DNA of 64,000 nt, taken from assembly GCA_951406725.2 (NCBI GenBank), contig OX597815.1, positions 141,546,001-141,610,000 on the forward strand. The letters run 5' to 3'. Of this stretch, positions 28,950 through 41,705 are shown in pieces. Numbering within the stretch: position 1 is the first letter of the stretch; each line of letters opens with the position of its first letter. Below the pieces are notes generated by a model. It was not told the origin of the DNA. It saw only the letters and a program-made list of their open reading frames with translations, and made no database searches. This DNA comes from Octopus vulgaris (Eukaryota). The position numbers and the translations under genes are program-made.

Positions 28950-30600
28950 GAAAGTTATCCTATGTACACTTTCTGTGCAAGATTTTCACAATCACTAACA
29001 ATCTGTGTGATGCTTTCGATCTTCTAACAACACATTCTGGAGAGGCTCGTTGTACTGTGTTTTATATATTCCCCTTTTCACTGAGTTTGTATTCAATGCC
29101 TGATGCTGGGTAGTGATTATTAGGCTTTCAGCATTCTTTTGTCGTTTACCTTTACTGAGCATTCTCCATGATGCTGCCTGCTCTTTTAAGGTGCTAGTGC
29201 CACATTGGAGCTGGTCACGTAATTCTATGCATAGTAGGGGTTCTTCTTTCTCTTTGGTTATTTGTGATCGGAATTCATGAGCTCTTTCAAGCCTTACTGT
29301 GGTGGGCATCATGAATTGTCATCCACTTTCGTGAATCTCCACTTGGTTAATCTCCGTTCTTGTCCATTTCAGGATGGGTGCACTTGAGCGGACTACATCA
29401 ACAGCCCATATGTTGATGGCAGTCAAAAGGTTCCTTGAGTTGAGTTTTGATTTCAGGTAAAGTTTGAGGTGCTTCAAGTATGCAGTGGTGATATTTTCCT
29501 TTGTTTCTCTATGCAAGACCTTGCCCAACTCCAGCCTCCAAAGATACTTGCAAGCCATCATCATCCGAGTCTTCTATCCTCTCTCCGTTTGGCATTTCTA
29601 TGTCCTTACACTCTGCTCTTTTTCACCCGTTTCAAAGTAAGCACCTCACATTTCGAGATATCGAATTACGTCCATACATCCTTGCTGCACATCAGTGCTG
29701 TCTCCACCAGCCGCACCATTTCATGCTTTGTTTTTGTGAGTAGTTTTAAATCATTTATAAAGAGAAGGTGTCTAAGAAGAGATCCATTCTTTATCAGCTC
29801 ATAGTGTGCGTTTACTTTGCGCATGACTACACACCGTGTGATGGATGTTATAACAAATAACAAAGGAAATAAGTCTCCCTGGAAGATACCTCTTTTGATT
29901 GTTACCTTGGCAAATTACTGGTTGTTACAGAAAAAACTAGGTATGCTGTTCTTAATCAGTGCACTCACGCTTTCAGACACTGTCTTTTGCGAACGGCGTT
30001 GAGCTGGCTGAATTCGGAACACGCCGGCAAAATGCTTAGCGATATTTCGTCCGACGTTACGTTCTAGTACGACCTTTCCTGTTCGCATGCTCCAAATTCT
30101 ACCTATTTCAAATTTTAAAGGATTGCATTTTTTTGTCTTCTTCCTTTACAATGCTGGAATAAAACGGGCATCATGTATCGAATAGTAATGAAACTCGCTT
30201 TTCCTTATCTATACTCTTTTTATTTGATCTAATACTTATTTTTAATTTCTTGTCAGTTTGAATAGGAAATTCCCACAAAATCTTACATTTCTCCGACAGC
30301 AATACTCTTTCTACTCGATGATTTTACTCTGTGTTTCCATCTTCAATACCCATTTCTGGTACATTCCAGTCTAAATCATTAACAAATTGGTCGTGCCTCC
30401 ATTTCTTATATTCTTCCTGTACAAACTTACGGTATTCTGTTACAACATTCACCACAGTCTCGTTCCAAATTCCCCAGGCTAACATTTTTCTGACATGCTC
30501 TCTTCATATACAATTCTTCTCAAGTTGTTTGTTTTTATCGATTGATCATAAGCTGCTACAATTAGGTTAACTGTTTCTCTTTTTAATTGACCTATTATAT
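28950..30600 (-). mobile_element. Older, heavily decayed R4/Dong-like LINE
   Basis: GIFQGDLFPLLFVI, HLLFINDLKL, LKSKLNSRNLLTAINIWAVDVVRSS and AESLIITTQHQALNTN fragments, with many stops and frameshifts. Confidence 0.75.
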
Positions 30601-32321
30601 TTTAAGCAAGCCAGGATTTTTTCCACATACGTCTTCAGGGCATCTCCAAAATTGGCCCCCAAAATATCAGGCCTTGTAATTAAGTAGAAATAATAATTAT
30701 TGTTATTGCTGTTGTTTTTGTTATAATTCTGTTGATGTTTTTATTGCCTCAGACTGGCAGAATCTTCAGTATATGTTCCGATTTTACGTTCCGAGTTAAA
30801 TTTCCACTGAGGTTGGCTTTACGCTTGAGTTCTTGCGATCGATAAAATAAGTAAAACTCAAGTACTTGGATCGTTGTATTCGAATACCCTCTTCTTTCAA
30901 ATTCTAGGCCTTGTGCCTCCGGTAGAAGAAATAATTGTTATTATTGTTACTCTTCCACTTCATCTTCTTCATAACTCTGTTATTAACTTCTATGCGTTAA
31001 GACATAGTTTTCTTTTCCTTACTAGTTAAGTTTTATTTCAATATTTTTATCAAACATATACTTTAAAAAAGTTTTGAATCCTTTAGAACTGCGTGCCGCC
31101 TAGTTATTTCATTGGCATTTTATGGTTTTGACTTATACCTACCTACCTACCTACCTACCTACCTACATAGCTACATATATGCATACATATATACATGCAT
31201 ACATATACACATGCGTGCATTCATACATGCATGCATAACACACACACACACACTCACATACACACTTTCTCCCTCACACACACACATTCGCATACATGGT
31301 TGACAATATGGATGCATAAATGTGTATGATTGAAACGAGCAATGTGAACATTTGAAGTCGTTCTCTTGTAAAATTACTTTTATTGGTATTTCACTAAAAA
31401 CTATTAACTAACCATTCAGTTTAATGTTAAATTAGTTTTATATATAACGGTATAAATATAAACATTAATTAATATCTAAATATTATATATGTCTCTATGT
31501 GTGCTTGCACATAAACATAAGCTACACATACATATAGCATATATGCATATTCACACACGATTGATCCACTTTTTGATGATATTCTACTTAATGTCCCGAT
31601 TGTTATTCATAAAGATTCAAATATTTGTCCAATTCTACATTGAATATTAATAGAAATATGGCTAATAAGAGAGTGTATATTACTTGACGCCTCTCTTTCT
31701 AAATATGATCCGTTAATGACGTAGATTAATTGATTGATAAAAATTATCAGAGAACTTTTACTGAGTTTTAAGTTATAATCTGGCTATTAAAATAAAAGAC
31801 ATCAGGGTATATAACAACATTGATTTAGCGTTGTTTACTTGCACAAGCAATTTGTTTGAGTTGCTTTAATATTCGACGTATTACTTGCTTGTTCTCATAT
31901 CTCTCCTGATCGTTTTGGTAATTTCTCTTTAATAATCTGTATGATAAATAATTTAGAACAATTAAAAGAAGAAATGGTTATTTCTAAATTTTAAAGTTTC
32001 TATAATGTATTCACCATTAGTAATAGAGGTTAATCTGTATAAGCTGAGCGTAAATATATAACATCTAACGATCAATTTCTAATAATTGTAATTGCTTTGA
32101 ATATAGTTTGCAATATAACGCTGTAGATATATCGCTACGTTTTGAATAAGCTTGTGTAGTACTAGAATCATGAGCTTGTCTGCGCGCGTCTTTTTAGAAG
32201 TGAATGTGAGAGAAGGTGTGCGTGTATGTGTGTGTGAGTGTGTGTGTGCGTGTGTGTGTGTGTGTGTGTGTGCGTGTGTGTGTGTCTGTGTATGTGTGTG
32301 AGTGTGTGTGTGTGTGTATGT

Positions 32322-32358
<37 letters not shown>

Positions 32359-33909
32359 TGTGTGTGTGTGTGTGTATCTGAACATGTTTATTTGCCGGTA
32401 CATAACCGTGTATGGATAGGACTGCTGATACAAATGCAAGATTATCTTTCTTATATATATTTGAAGGCAAAGCTTACTTAGACTACTGAGTTTGTTTTTG
32501 AATAATTAATGTTGTACTTTCGCCCCTGTCAAACCGTACCTGCAAACATATTTTGATAAGTGCATTACCCTTTCTGATTTTCGTGCTTAAAATATTGGAT
32601 CTGAATTAATTAACTACTGGTTATGTATTAATTAACTATTACTGACCATATATAGTAGATGTTTACGTTTTCAGTTTAGCTGGTAATAGGGAAACTAATT
32701 TCACTGTGAATCGCATGTTATGTTTGTAAATAAAATAACATATGTAATTATATTTACATTTAAAATTAATATTTACTGAAATAACATATCAAGTATTCTA
32801 ATTTCCTGTTATATTTAGAATTACAAATAGCGGTTTTCTCAATATTTCTACTGTGGTCATACATTTTAGGAAGCGAATTGAATTTATATTTTGAAAACAT
32901 ACTTCAGAACGTCAATTTCAATATTGTGATACAATCTGCTACAGCATTTTCAATGCTCTTGGTTTTAAGCTTATATGGTAAAACTTATGTTCCAAAACAA
33001 TATAAAAGACAATCATATTATTACTAGTTTGCAGAATTACATGGGTAATCTGTAATAACTGAAATATTTAATATAATCTATAAAAACGGTGTACTTATAA
33101 TCAATTTACGTCGTTTTGAGATTAAATTTATCAAGGACTTAAGAAAAATACGAAATTTTACTGCGCAAAACAGCAATACAGTTTATACGTAAAGATGAGC
33201 TATTCTCATATCTGAGATTCAAGTTCTGATTTATTACTTTATTTAAATAGTCTATTTTTATCAATAGATTTCACTAAGAGAGCCTTTAGAATGAAAACAT
33301 TCATTATTATACGTAGCTAATGTTACACGATATTTTAGCATTGTTTAGTTGTATATAGGCATCTCTTTGTAAAGCGGCTACAATGTACAAGCATATTCAA
33401 TGAGATTTTTTGTAGTTTGCTGAAGAATAACTACTTTTCAAATTCATTTATTTGGACAATATTTAAAAATATATTTAAATGCCGAATTTTAAGTTCCTCG
33501 TTTTCTGTTCCAAGCATTGCTTTATAAAGAAAAGAAGGAATAAGATAAACCTGATTTGTAAAATCATATAATAATTTTGTTGAATAAATATGGGAATTAC
33601 GCAGCAGGTATAGCTGAATGTTTAATACATTTACTGCATAGATGTATAGAATGCATATATATATATATATTTCATTGAATATGAAAGCCTCTAGAATATT
33701 AGATGAACATGATTCAAAATTAATTGGCAACGCAACACAATAGTGAGAGCGCCACATGAAACGCACTGCTTTCTTTATTTCTGTACAATACGCTCTGAGT
33801 TACAATTGCCACTAAGACATATTAGGTAGTCGAAAAGTAATTAATTGCCTTTTATATCAACAAAGTTTGACTTCTGTAGGAAGTTCTTGTGCAAAGCTCA
33901 TTCACTTAC

Positions 33910-33965
33910 AGACAGGCTAACTCTTCGGTTTGAGGATAACTTGCATCCTCCCCTGTCTCAGAAAT
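33910..33965 (-). other. Candidate internal exon (unassigned gene)
   Basis: Minus strand reads CTGAC-TTTTTACCAG|56 nt|GTAAGT with open frame ISETGEDASYPQTEELAC. It could join a downstream exon at ~33720-33780. Confidence 0.3.
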
Positions 33966-34559
33966 CTGGTAAAAAGTCAGACATTACCTCATTTTTCTTA
34001 TTAAAAGATGATTAACGTAACTACATAACTCATGTGCGATGTATTAAGCGCGATGAATGACCATCGTGCTGTGATTATGATTTAGTAGCATGCGGATTTT
34101 ACTGGATATTAGTATATATTAATTTGGTAGAAATGTTAGAAAGTTGCATTTCGTTCTCACGCGACTAAAATGAATAGCAGCAATAGTGACTTTTCACAAG
34201 GTTTTCTAAACTGGCGAGTGAAATGATAGAAGTAAATAGTTGTCTTATGTTATGTACCATAGGTCATAGAATTTTCTGCGTAATTGCTATAATACAATAG
34301 TCACTGGTAAAAAAAAAATATCAAAAATACAGGCAGATGAAATAAAGTTGAGTAATGAATTAAAGTTTTATATTCACCAGGTATGCATTCCCCCACAGGC
34401 TTCGCACAGTTGTCTGGCTACAGATTTTTGCGCACCAAAATTAACATAGGTTTTGTAATCTTAAAATCTAAATTGCTATACATTAAATAGCATTAAAAAG
34501 ACAAAATTCTATGCTATATTATGTCCTTATATGCTCATTATAATGATATTAAATTTACA

Positions 34560-34745
34560 ATATATTTAAGAGATGAGGAATTATGTATATTATTTACATT
34601 ATTTACATTTAACAGATATTTATCCTGATCTTGTTTCTTTTTAACTCAACCTTTCGTCTGATATACCCTCCAGCCTTCATCAGGTGTCTTGGGGGAAATT
34701 TCGAACCTGTGTTCTCATTCTTAAGGTATTTTTCGATGTTGTTGT
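34560..34745 (-). mobile_element. Second copy of the hammerhead-bearing repeat tail (tRNA head absent)
   Basis: Homologous to 5119-5290. Minus strand 34643-34690 reads AAGACAC-CUGAUGA-AGGCUG..CAGAC-GAAA-GGUU-GAGUU. Confidence 0.75.
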
Positions 34746-34749
34746 TGTT

Positions 34750-35150
34750 GGAATACTGCTCCCAACTATGGTCCCCAGAGAGTGTGAAACAAACTGTGCA
34801 ATTCGAAGCTATCCAGGACCAATACCCAAACAAGATGGACTCAATGCAAAAGATGGGCTACTGGGAGAGGCTAAAGGAGCTGAGAAGACGAGAGAGGTAT
34901 GCGGTGATACATGTTTGGAAGATCTTGGAGGGTTTAGCTTCCAATTTTGGAATGGACAGCTATACCAATCCCCGAACTGGACGACACTGCAATATACCAA
35001 AGATTTCGTCTTGTCTATCTGAAATAAGGACACTACTGCAATAGGCAACTTTAGAGATCTGCATGAGGTTGATGTGGACGTTTTGAAGGAACGTCTAGAG
35101 AGGTTTCTATCTGAGATACCAGGTGAACCCATATCGTTTCAGGAGACGCA
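34750..35150 (+). mobile_element. CR1/L2-group LINE 3' fragment
   Basis: LEYCSQLWSP..FEAIQ..MGYWERLKELRRRERYAVIHVWKILEG, the typical post-RT region of CR1-group LINEs. Confidence 0.8.
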
Positions 35151-35284
35151 AAGGATTGTTACGTCACCAAAAACAATACCTGAAAAAGCACCGAGTAACT
35201 ACAGGTAGTGCACGAGCATGACGTCAGCCATGGGCTGAAACCAGTGAAAGATAAACAATAAAAGATATATATGTATGTATATGT

Positions 35285-35480
35285 TTGTGTGTCTGTATTT
35301 GTCCCACCACCATCGCTTGACAACCGGTGTTGGTGTGTTTACGTTCCCGTAACTAAGCGGTTCGGCAAGAGACCGATAGAATAAGTACTAAGCTTACAAC
35401 GAAAAAGTCCCGGGGTTGATTTGTTCGAGCAAAGTCGGTGGGCCTGCATGTCCGCAGTCAAATGTCTGAAACAAATAAAT
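35285..35480 (+). mobile_element. Interspersed SINE-like repeat fragment
   Basis: TTTGTCCCACCACCATCGCTTGACAACCGGTGTTGGTGTGTTTACG..CGATAGAATAAGTAC, related to copies at ~52060-52210 and ~61790-62020, and in reverse at ~37222-37400 and ~49230-49400. Confidence 0.7.
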
Positions 35481-37183
35481 GAATGAAAAGAAAATAATAA
35501 AAGGGACTATAGATACATGCATGTGTGTGTATATGTATGCATTTATGGTTATATATGTGTAGGTGTGTTTATGTGTATAACACGCTTAAACACAGCTACA
35601 AATATATTTTATTATCGATTTCTTTTCCACCCCTACCCATTTTACCTCGTTATTGAAACAACGTCAGTATTACTGATAAGGAGAAACATTGCAAAATAAG
35701 AAGATGCAACCTAGTTTTACCTTCCATTGCTATTACAACTCGTCTTCATCTTAGCATTTATATATTTTGTCTTTTCTTTCCTTGTTTTGCCTATATCTAT
35801 TATAACAAACTCCGTTGAGGTGCTGCAATGTTCCTTTTCTTACAAGTATACACTATTGTATAAGTATTTTTATGCTGCGTGTGTATGTGTTTGTATGTGC
35901 GTGTGTGTGGTCTGTGTGTGCGTGTGTTGATATTTCATTTAAACAAGTATAAATTTCGTTTCAATCTCGTTTTTTCTTGCTTCCTTTCCATGCCCCATTA
36001 TCATTACCTCCATTCTCTTATCCTTTCCTCTCCTCTGTTACTTGCTAACTGAAATCTACTGTCATGTTTAACCACCCTCATCGCTGTACACTTCTGTTTC
36101 CTCTCAACACAAATGCCCTCATTCTAACATTTTCATTTTCCCGCGCCAAACGCACTGAAGTTAGTCTTTGCTTTTGGCTTATTTCTTATTCTAGGTGTAA
36201 AATACTTATATATATGTAAATAGTTTTCTTACATTTTGTTTCTTGTCTTAGTCGTGTTGACCATACACATTTTCATGGTTTTCCTGTCGCCCTATGTTCT
36301 ACTTAACCATTTCATAATGATTTTATGTCTCCTTCCCACAAAATATTTACGCATATTCTCTTCATTTCGTCTTTGTCCCTTTTTCATGGAATCAGATATG
36401 AATTTCTTTCACACTTCTCAGGAAGGAATTTCTTACAAATAACTTTTAACAATTTTGCGAAATATTTTTACATTTTCTTCAGTCTGCCTTGCAAGTAAAA
36501 TTTATTTCCCAGTCATTGTACATTCTACCAATAATAAAAGCTCGTTCACCCAATATAATTCATATACATTTTTCTATAGATCTAGATACATGATAAATAT
36601 TTCTCTTTTTAATTTATTGTAAATTTCCCTGCAAATTAGCTTTAGAGCAGACTTTTAATTCATATAATTTTGAAGGCTCCTTCCAATATATTTGTAAAGT
36701 TACTGATTTACCCGATAAACCATATTGAGTGTTATACACGCACGTCTAACAAATTATTTTAATTTAATGCATATTTATCATGCATGTGTGTGTGTGTACG
36801 TGTTTGTGCTGCGCGTGTGTACGTATGTATATATGTGTGCGTGTGATTATGTGTAAAGAAGCGTATTGCTCTCACAATCGCTAGTTTGTGAGTCTAATCC
36901 TCAGCCCGCGTGGCCTCCTGGTTTCTCGAATAAAAACATCATTTCATGTTGCTCTACTTTCATTTTGACATCATACGTGTGACACACTTGTGTACCCGTA
37001 CAGGTAATTTCGATTTCATGGTGAGTGTGATGTAAGGGACAACACATGTAATTGATTATTATAATAAAATCATTTGTGCAATGGCGTTTACATTCGATAA
37101 TATTGATCGCTAGCTCCATTTCTCTCTTCCTCACATCTCTCTGTATATGTATACCACACAACCACTGATATCAAAAATTTATA

Positions 37184-37221
<38 letters not shown>

Positions 37222-37223
<2 letters not shown>

Positions 37224-37590
37224 CGTTTACTTGTTTCAGTCATTGGACTGCGGCCATGATGGAGCACCGCCTTTTAATCGGAGAAATTACCCCTGGACTT
37301 ATTCTTTGTGAACCTTGGACCTATTCTATCCGTCTATGGGGACGTAAACACACCAACATCGGTTGTAAAGCAATGATGCCCGGACAAACACAGACAGAAA
37401 GACATTCATATACACACACACGGAATATAGACGAATGACTTCTTTCAGTATCCGTCTATCAAATCCACTCACAAGGCCTTGGTCGGCCCGAGGTTATAGT
37501 AGGCGTCACTGGCTCAAGGCACCTCGTAGTGCGATTGAACCCGGAAACACGTGGTTGGGAAGCAACCTTTATACCACATAGTCACTCATA
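37222..37590 (-). mobile_element. Cephalopod-type composite SINE with internal (CA) repeat
   Basis: Homologous to 59462-60040 and 15660-15815. The tRNA-like head lies at the right end. Confidence 0.75.
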
Positions 37591-37695
37591 TCAAACATTT
37601 ATAGAATATAGGAAAGAAAATTTAATTTAACGAAACCATGATTGATTCAATCAGTAGCGTAGGTTAATTTCTGTCAGAAGCCTTCAATATAGAAA

Positions 37696-37925
37696 GGCGG
37701 CGAGCTGGCAGAAACGTTAGCATACGGGGCGAAATGCTTAGCTGTATTTCATCTGCCGTTACGTTCTGTGTTCAAATTCTGCCGAGGTCGACTTTGCCTT
37801 TCATCCGTTCGGGAACGATAAATTAAGTACCAGTTACGCACTGGGGTCGATGTAATCGACTTAATCTCTTTTTCTATCCTTATTTGTCCCGTCTATGTTT
37901 AGCCCCTTGTGGGCAATAAAAAATA
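37696..37925 (+). mobile_element. Full-length tRNA-derived SINE with 20-bp TSD
   Basis: GGCGGCGAGCTGGCAGAAACGTTAGC..GTTCAAATTC (A/B boxes), a conserved body and an A-rich end. TSD is AGAAGCCTTC(A/T)ATATAGAAA at 37676-37695 and 37926-37945. Decayed relatives occur at ~20640-20775, ~29995-30065 and ~30750-30930. Confidence 0.9.
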
Positions 37926-37973
37926 AGAAGCCTTCTATATAGAAATAGAAGCGATTGTTTCAGCAAATAATAA

Positions 37974-38419
37974 GAATCTTTTCTGTGTGAACGGCAGTTT
38001 TTTTCTAGCGGTGTCATATGATATTGTCACCCATAATTATGACTCTACTATCGATCTATTGCATTTCAATCTGTTTTAGGGTTAGGGTTAGTTATGGTTA
38101 GGTAGGGTTAATTAGGATTAGGGTTAGGGGTGGGGGAAGTGTATCTTTTTTTTCTTCACAAATGTAAATAAATCCAATCTGTTTCTTAAACGAGGGACAT
38201 TTTCATACGGCACAGAATGTGTTTTACCTCAATAGACGTCGGTGATTGGCTAAAATTGCAGAAATTGGAAAAAAAAACAGCAAATATCTTACAAACTATA
38301 GAATTTTCTCAATCAAGAGAAAAAGATGTTTTATAAACACATTCTACCAGTATACGAAGTTTAAATTTTTTTAGTCACCTAGAAATTGTTAAAAACTGCC
38401 GTTCAAACCGAAGAGATCC
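37974..38419. mobile_element. MITE with ~28-bp TIRs, 8-bp TSD and internal TTAGGG-like repeats
   Basis: TIRs GAATCTTTTCTGTGTGAACGGCAGTTTT / AAAACTGCCGTTCAAACCGAAGAGATCC. AATAATAA lies immediately on both sides. TTAGGG variants occur at ~38076-38130. Confidence 0.85.
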
Positions 38420-41299
38420 AATAATAATAATGGGCAAGACTTACTAAATATAGATATTGTCATATAATTTTGCGTACTATTAACAAGTTTATGGAACCGT
38501 AAATATAGACTTAATAATTATGCAGATTTTTAGATCAGATCTCTAATTAATGTAAGCAATGGTGTGTTTGTGTTAGAAGAAGCAATAAAGAATTTTCTTT
38601 GTTCTTAAATTACATGTAACTTCTACGTCATATATCGAGAACGAGAATGGAGATTGTTTCGTGTGTTAGTTTTGAAAGGGTAATGGAGAAGGTAGTAAAA
38701 ATGATGTCAAATTTCTGAACAGAGAAGAGCGGAGACTGTCAGTATGCGTAAAATCAGTGTAATGTGTTCACAGTGTGGATAAGTGAGTATTAGTGAGCGG
38801 GAGGTTATATATAAGTGTGAATATATGATTTTGTGATTGTGTGGAGTGAGTAGTGTGAGTCCGTCTATATATGACAGTGCTTTGATTAGAGTAAATATAA
38901 AGAAATGTTTCTACGGTGGCGAAGGATATGTCCAGTTTGAAAATAATTCTTTCTTTTGTAAATCACTTACTGCAATGGTAACCATGATAAGTGTCCGGCT
39001 GTTTCAGTTATATAAATTAATTGCAAGTTAATGAATAATAAAATAAAATATTTAGTGCTGTAGACAGCGTTGACGGAAATTCGAATCGGAGACGAATTTA
39101 ATTGTGAATTTGTGATGAGATGAAATAACATATGATGTAAAACGACTGAGAATAGGTAGGAGAGCCAGCTTAGAGGTGATTAATGTCGAAGAAACTACTC
39201 ACTAGTGGGGTGCATAGAACGTAGTCCCCTCTCAAGAAGTAAACACGTAAGTGAAAGGTGGGTAGAAAGAAGAAAGTAGATATCACAGATGATACATTTA
39301 AGTAGACGGTAAAGTAAAGGTAGAATGGAAAGTGAAAATGAAGTGATACAGTTAGTTGTCGCATTATTGGCTGGTAGTATAGGAGTGGAGAAATGCAGTC
39401 ACTTTGTTGGTTCCGAACATATATTTAGTTTTATTTTGATTACAACACTCTATGGTTTAATATCCAGAACGGAGAGAATAGTGATCTTCTTTACCTTTTG
39501 AATCCACATGAAACATTGTAATATCCACCCTCCACATCTCGAAATATGTAGACTAAACTACTTTAAATAAGCTTAATCATATATAATATGTCTGAATATA
39601 TTTATAAATATTTAAAATCAGATATTCGTAAGGTGAATACCAATGATGCCTTGTATTACCAGCATTGCGGAAGATAAGAATATTCGTCCTGTTCCGTATT
39701 GGTTTTTTCTTAAGACGTTCTAATAAGGCTGAAACATATTCTTAGTTAACATCCATGTTTGTTATATAACAAATTATCGTCTGCAGCCCATACACCTGCA
39801 ACACTTCAACCTCTCTCATTTAGATTTACTTCATTTTTGTTTTATTTTGTTTAATTAAACATCGTTCAGCAATATTTACTTTGTTATGGTATTGTACACT
39901 TGATATAAACTTATCCTGCTGTTTACATTAAGAATGATAGTATCGTTATGAACAAATATATACACATTCATTTGTTTAAAATAGTTCCTCATAGTAAACT
40001 GTGGGCAAACTACACGTTTCTCCAGAAATTCAACTGAGACCTGAACCAACTAATTTCGTATATGTTTCAAAACTCATCAATGAGCACTTACCAAATATAG
40101 GTATAGCTTATGCATCTTTGGATATTAACGTTTATTTTCATGTTAGTATTACAGCATTGTTGCGGTAACTAAGTTGAAATTTTCATTACAATATATTACC
40201 TGTACACGAATTTAAGATTCCTTAGTTAATTGAACAACATACTGAAGTGTATGCATATCTACGCAGCATAATAATATTATATCTTAGGTCTAATGCTCTA
40301 TAAATGAAGTCGATAAAATTACATAGGTGGAAATTTATTTCATTGATATCAAGATGGTTGCCGTAAAATAAATAAGGATAATACAGTCCATTATCTGTAC
40401 TTCCATCTCTTCCATCACGAACCTAGCATTACATAGACATTATATTTTTTTTATTTCATGGCTGTTAGCTTTTGTTTATTACAAAATGAAATACATTTTT
40501 TTTTTATCTTTTTGCCTTTCTGTAAGCAATTATTGATTAGTATGCATAACCTATGATCTCCATTCTTCACAACCATAGTCTCACATTTGCATAGAAATAA
40601 TTTTTTTACGGGGAAGAATTGACCTAATGTACAATCTGTTTATCCACTTACCCTTTCATAATAGTTTTCCTATACAGCAACATTTAGGTATTTTCATTAA
40701 CAAATATTAGTAATATACTTTATCTCTGAATTTCATTTACATATAAATAAGCTCATTAGGATTTCAGTATTATAATTTTTTCCCCATTATACAAGTCCAA
40801 TAACTACACAGTTACACAATACAGTAACATTGACAGTACTTACGTTATCTTCCAAGTCAGCTATTCATAAACAATAGTACGTTCTATATTCTATAGTTCG
40901 TAGTGTTTTGCCTCTTTTATTTCGTTGCATGCTGTACATTGTCTTCCTTTATAATTTTTTTTCATAATTACAGGAATTCAATCGATATTCAGAGACGATT
41001 CTATAAATTATATCCTACTAAGAACAATGTATAAGAATCGAGACATTTTATTTGTTTTAGCAGACATTTTCCTTTGGAAATAATTGCGTTTATTTTCTAC
41101 AGTGAGGCATTGCATGATATTAGGGGGACATAAAGTCACTTCCTGGCTGAGCTCAAGAAAAACATAAAAGATTTTCTTTTGAAAACTGCATCTGATAAAA
41201 ACCACAAGCCAGAATCCAATCCGAGATGAAAGAATGTGCGTGATCTTAATATCATTAGTGTATACGTACACACACACACACACATACACACACACACAG

Positions 41300-41332
<33 letters not shown>

Positions 41333-41673
41333 GACACACAACAGACAAACACAAACACACATATACATGTGTGTGCGTGTGCGTATGTAAAGGTATGTGT
41401 GTATACAAATACATATATAGACATACATGTATACATACATGCATTCATATATACATACATCTCGAACATACATATAAACAATGATATGATCCTTTTAATC
41501 GATCGATTAAGACTATGTCTAAGCGTTATTTAACTGAGTTAAAGGAATCGGCACACACAAAAGAGACGCATATACATATACAAATATGCTTCTCTGTAAT
41601 GTATGTATGTATGTATGCATGCGTATGCGTATATATGCATATATGCATGTGTCTGTGGATACATGTATGTATT

Positions 41674-41705
<32 letters not shown>

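Noticed and set aside
38076-38135. Telomere or chromosome fusion site
   Set aside because: The TTAGGG run is short, degenerate and lies inside a TIR element.
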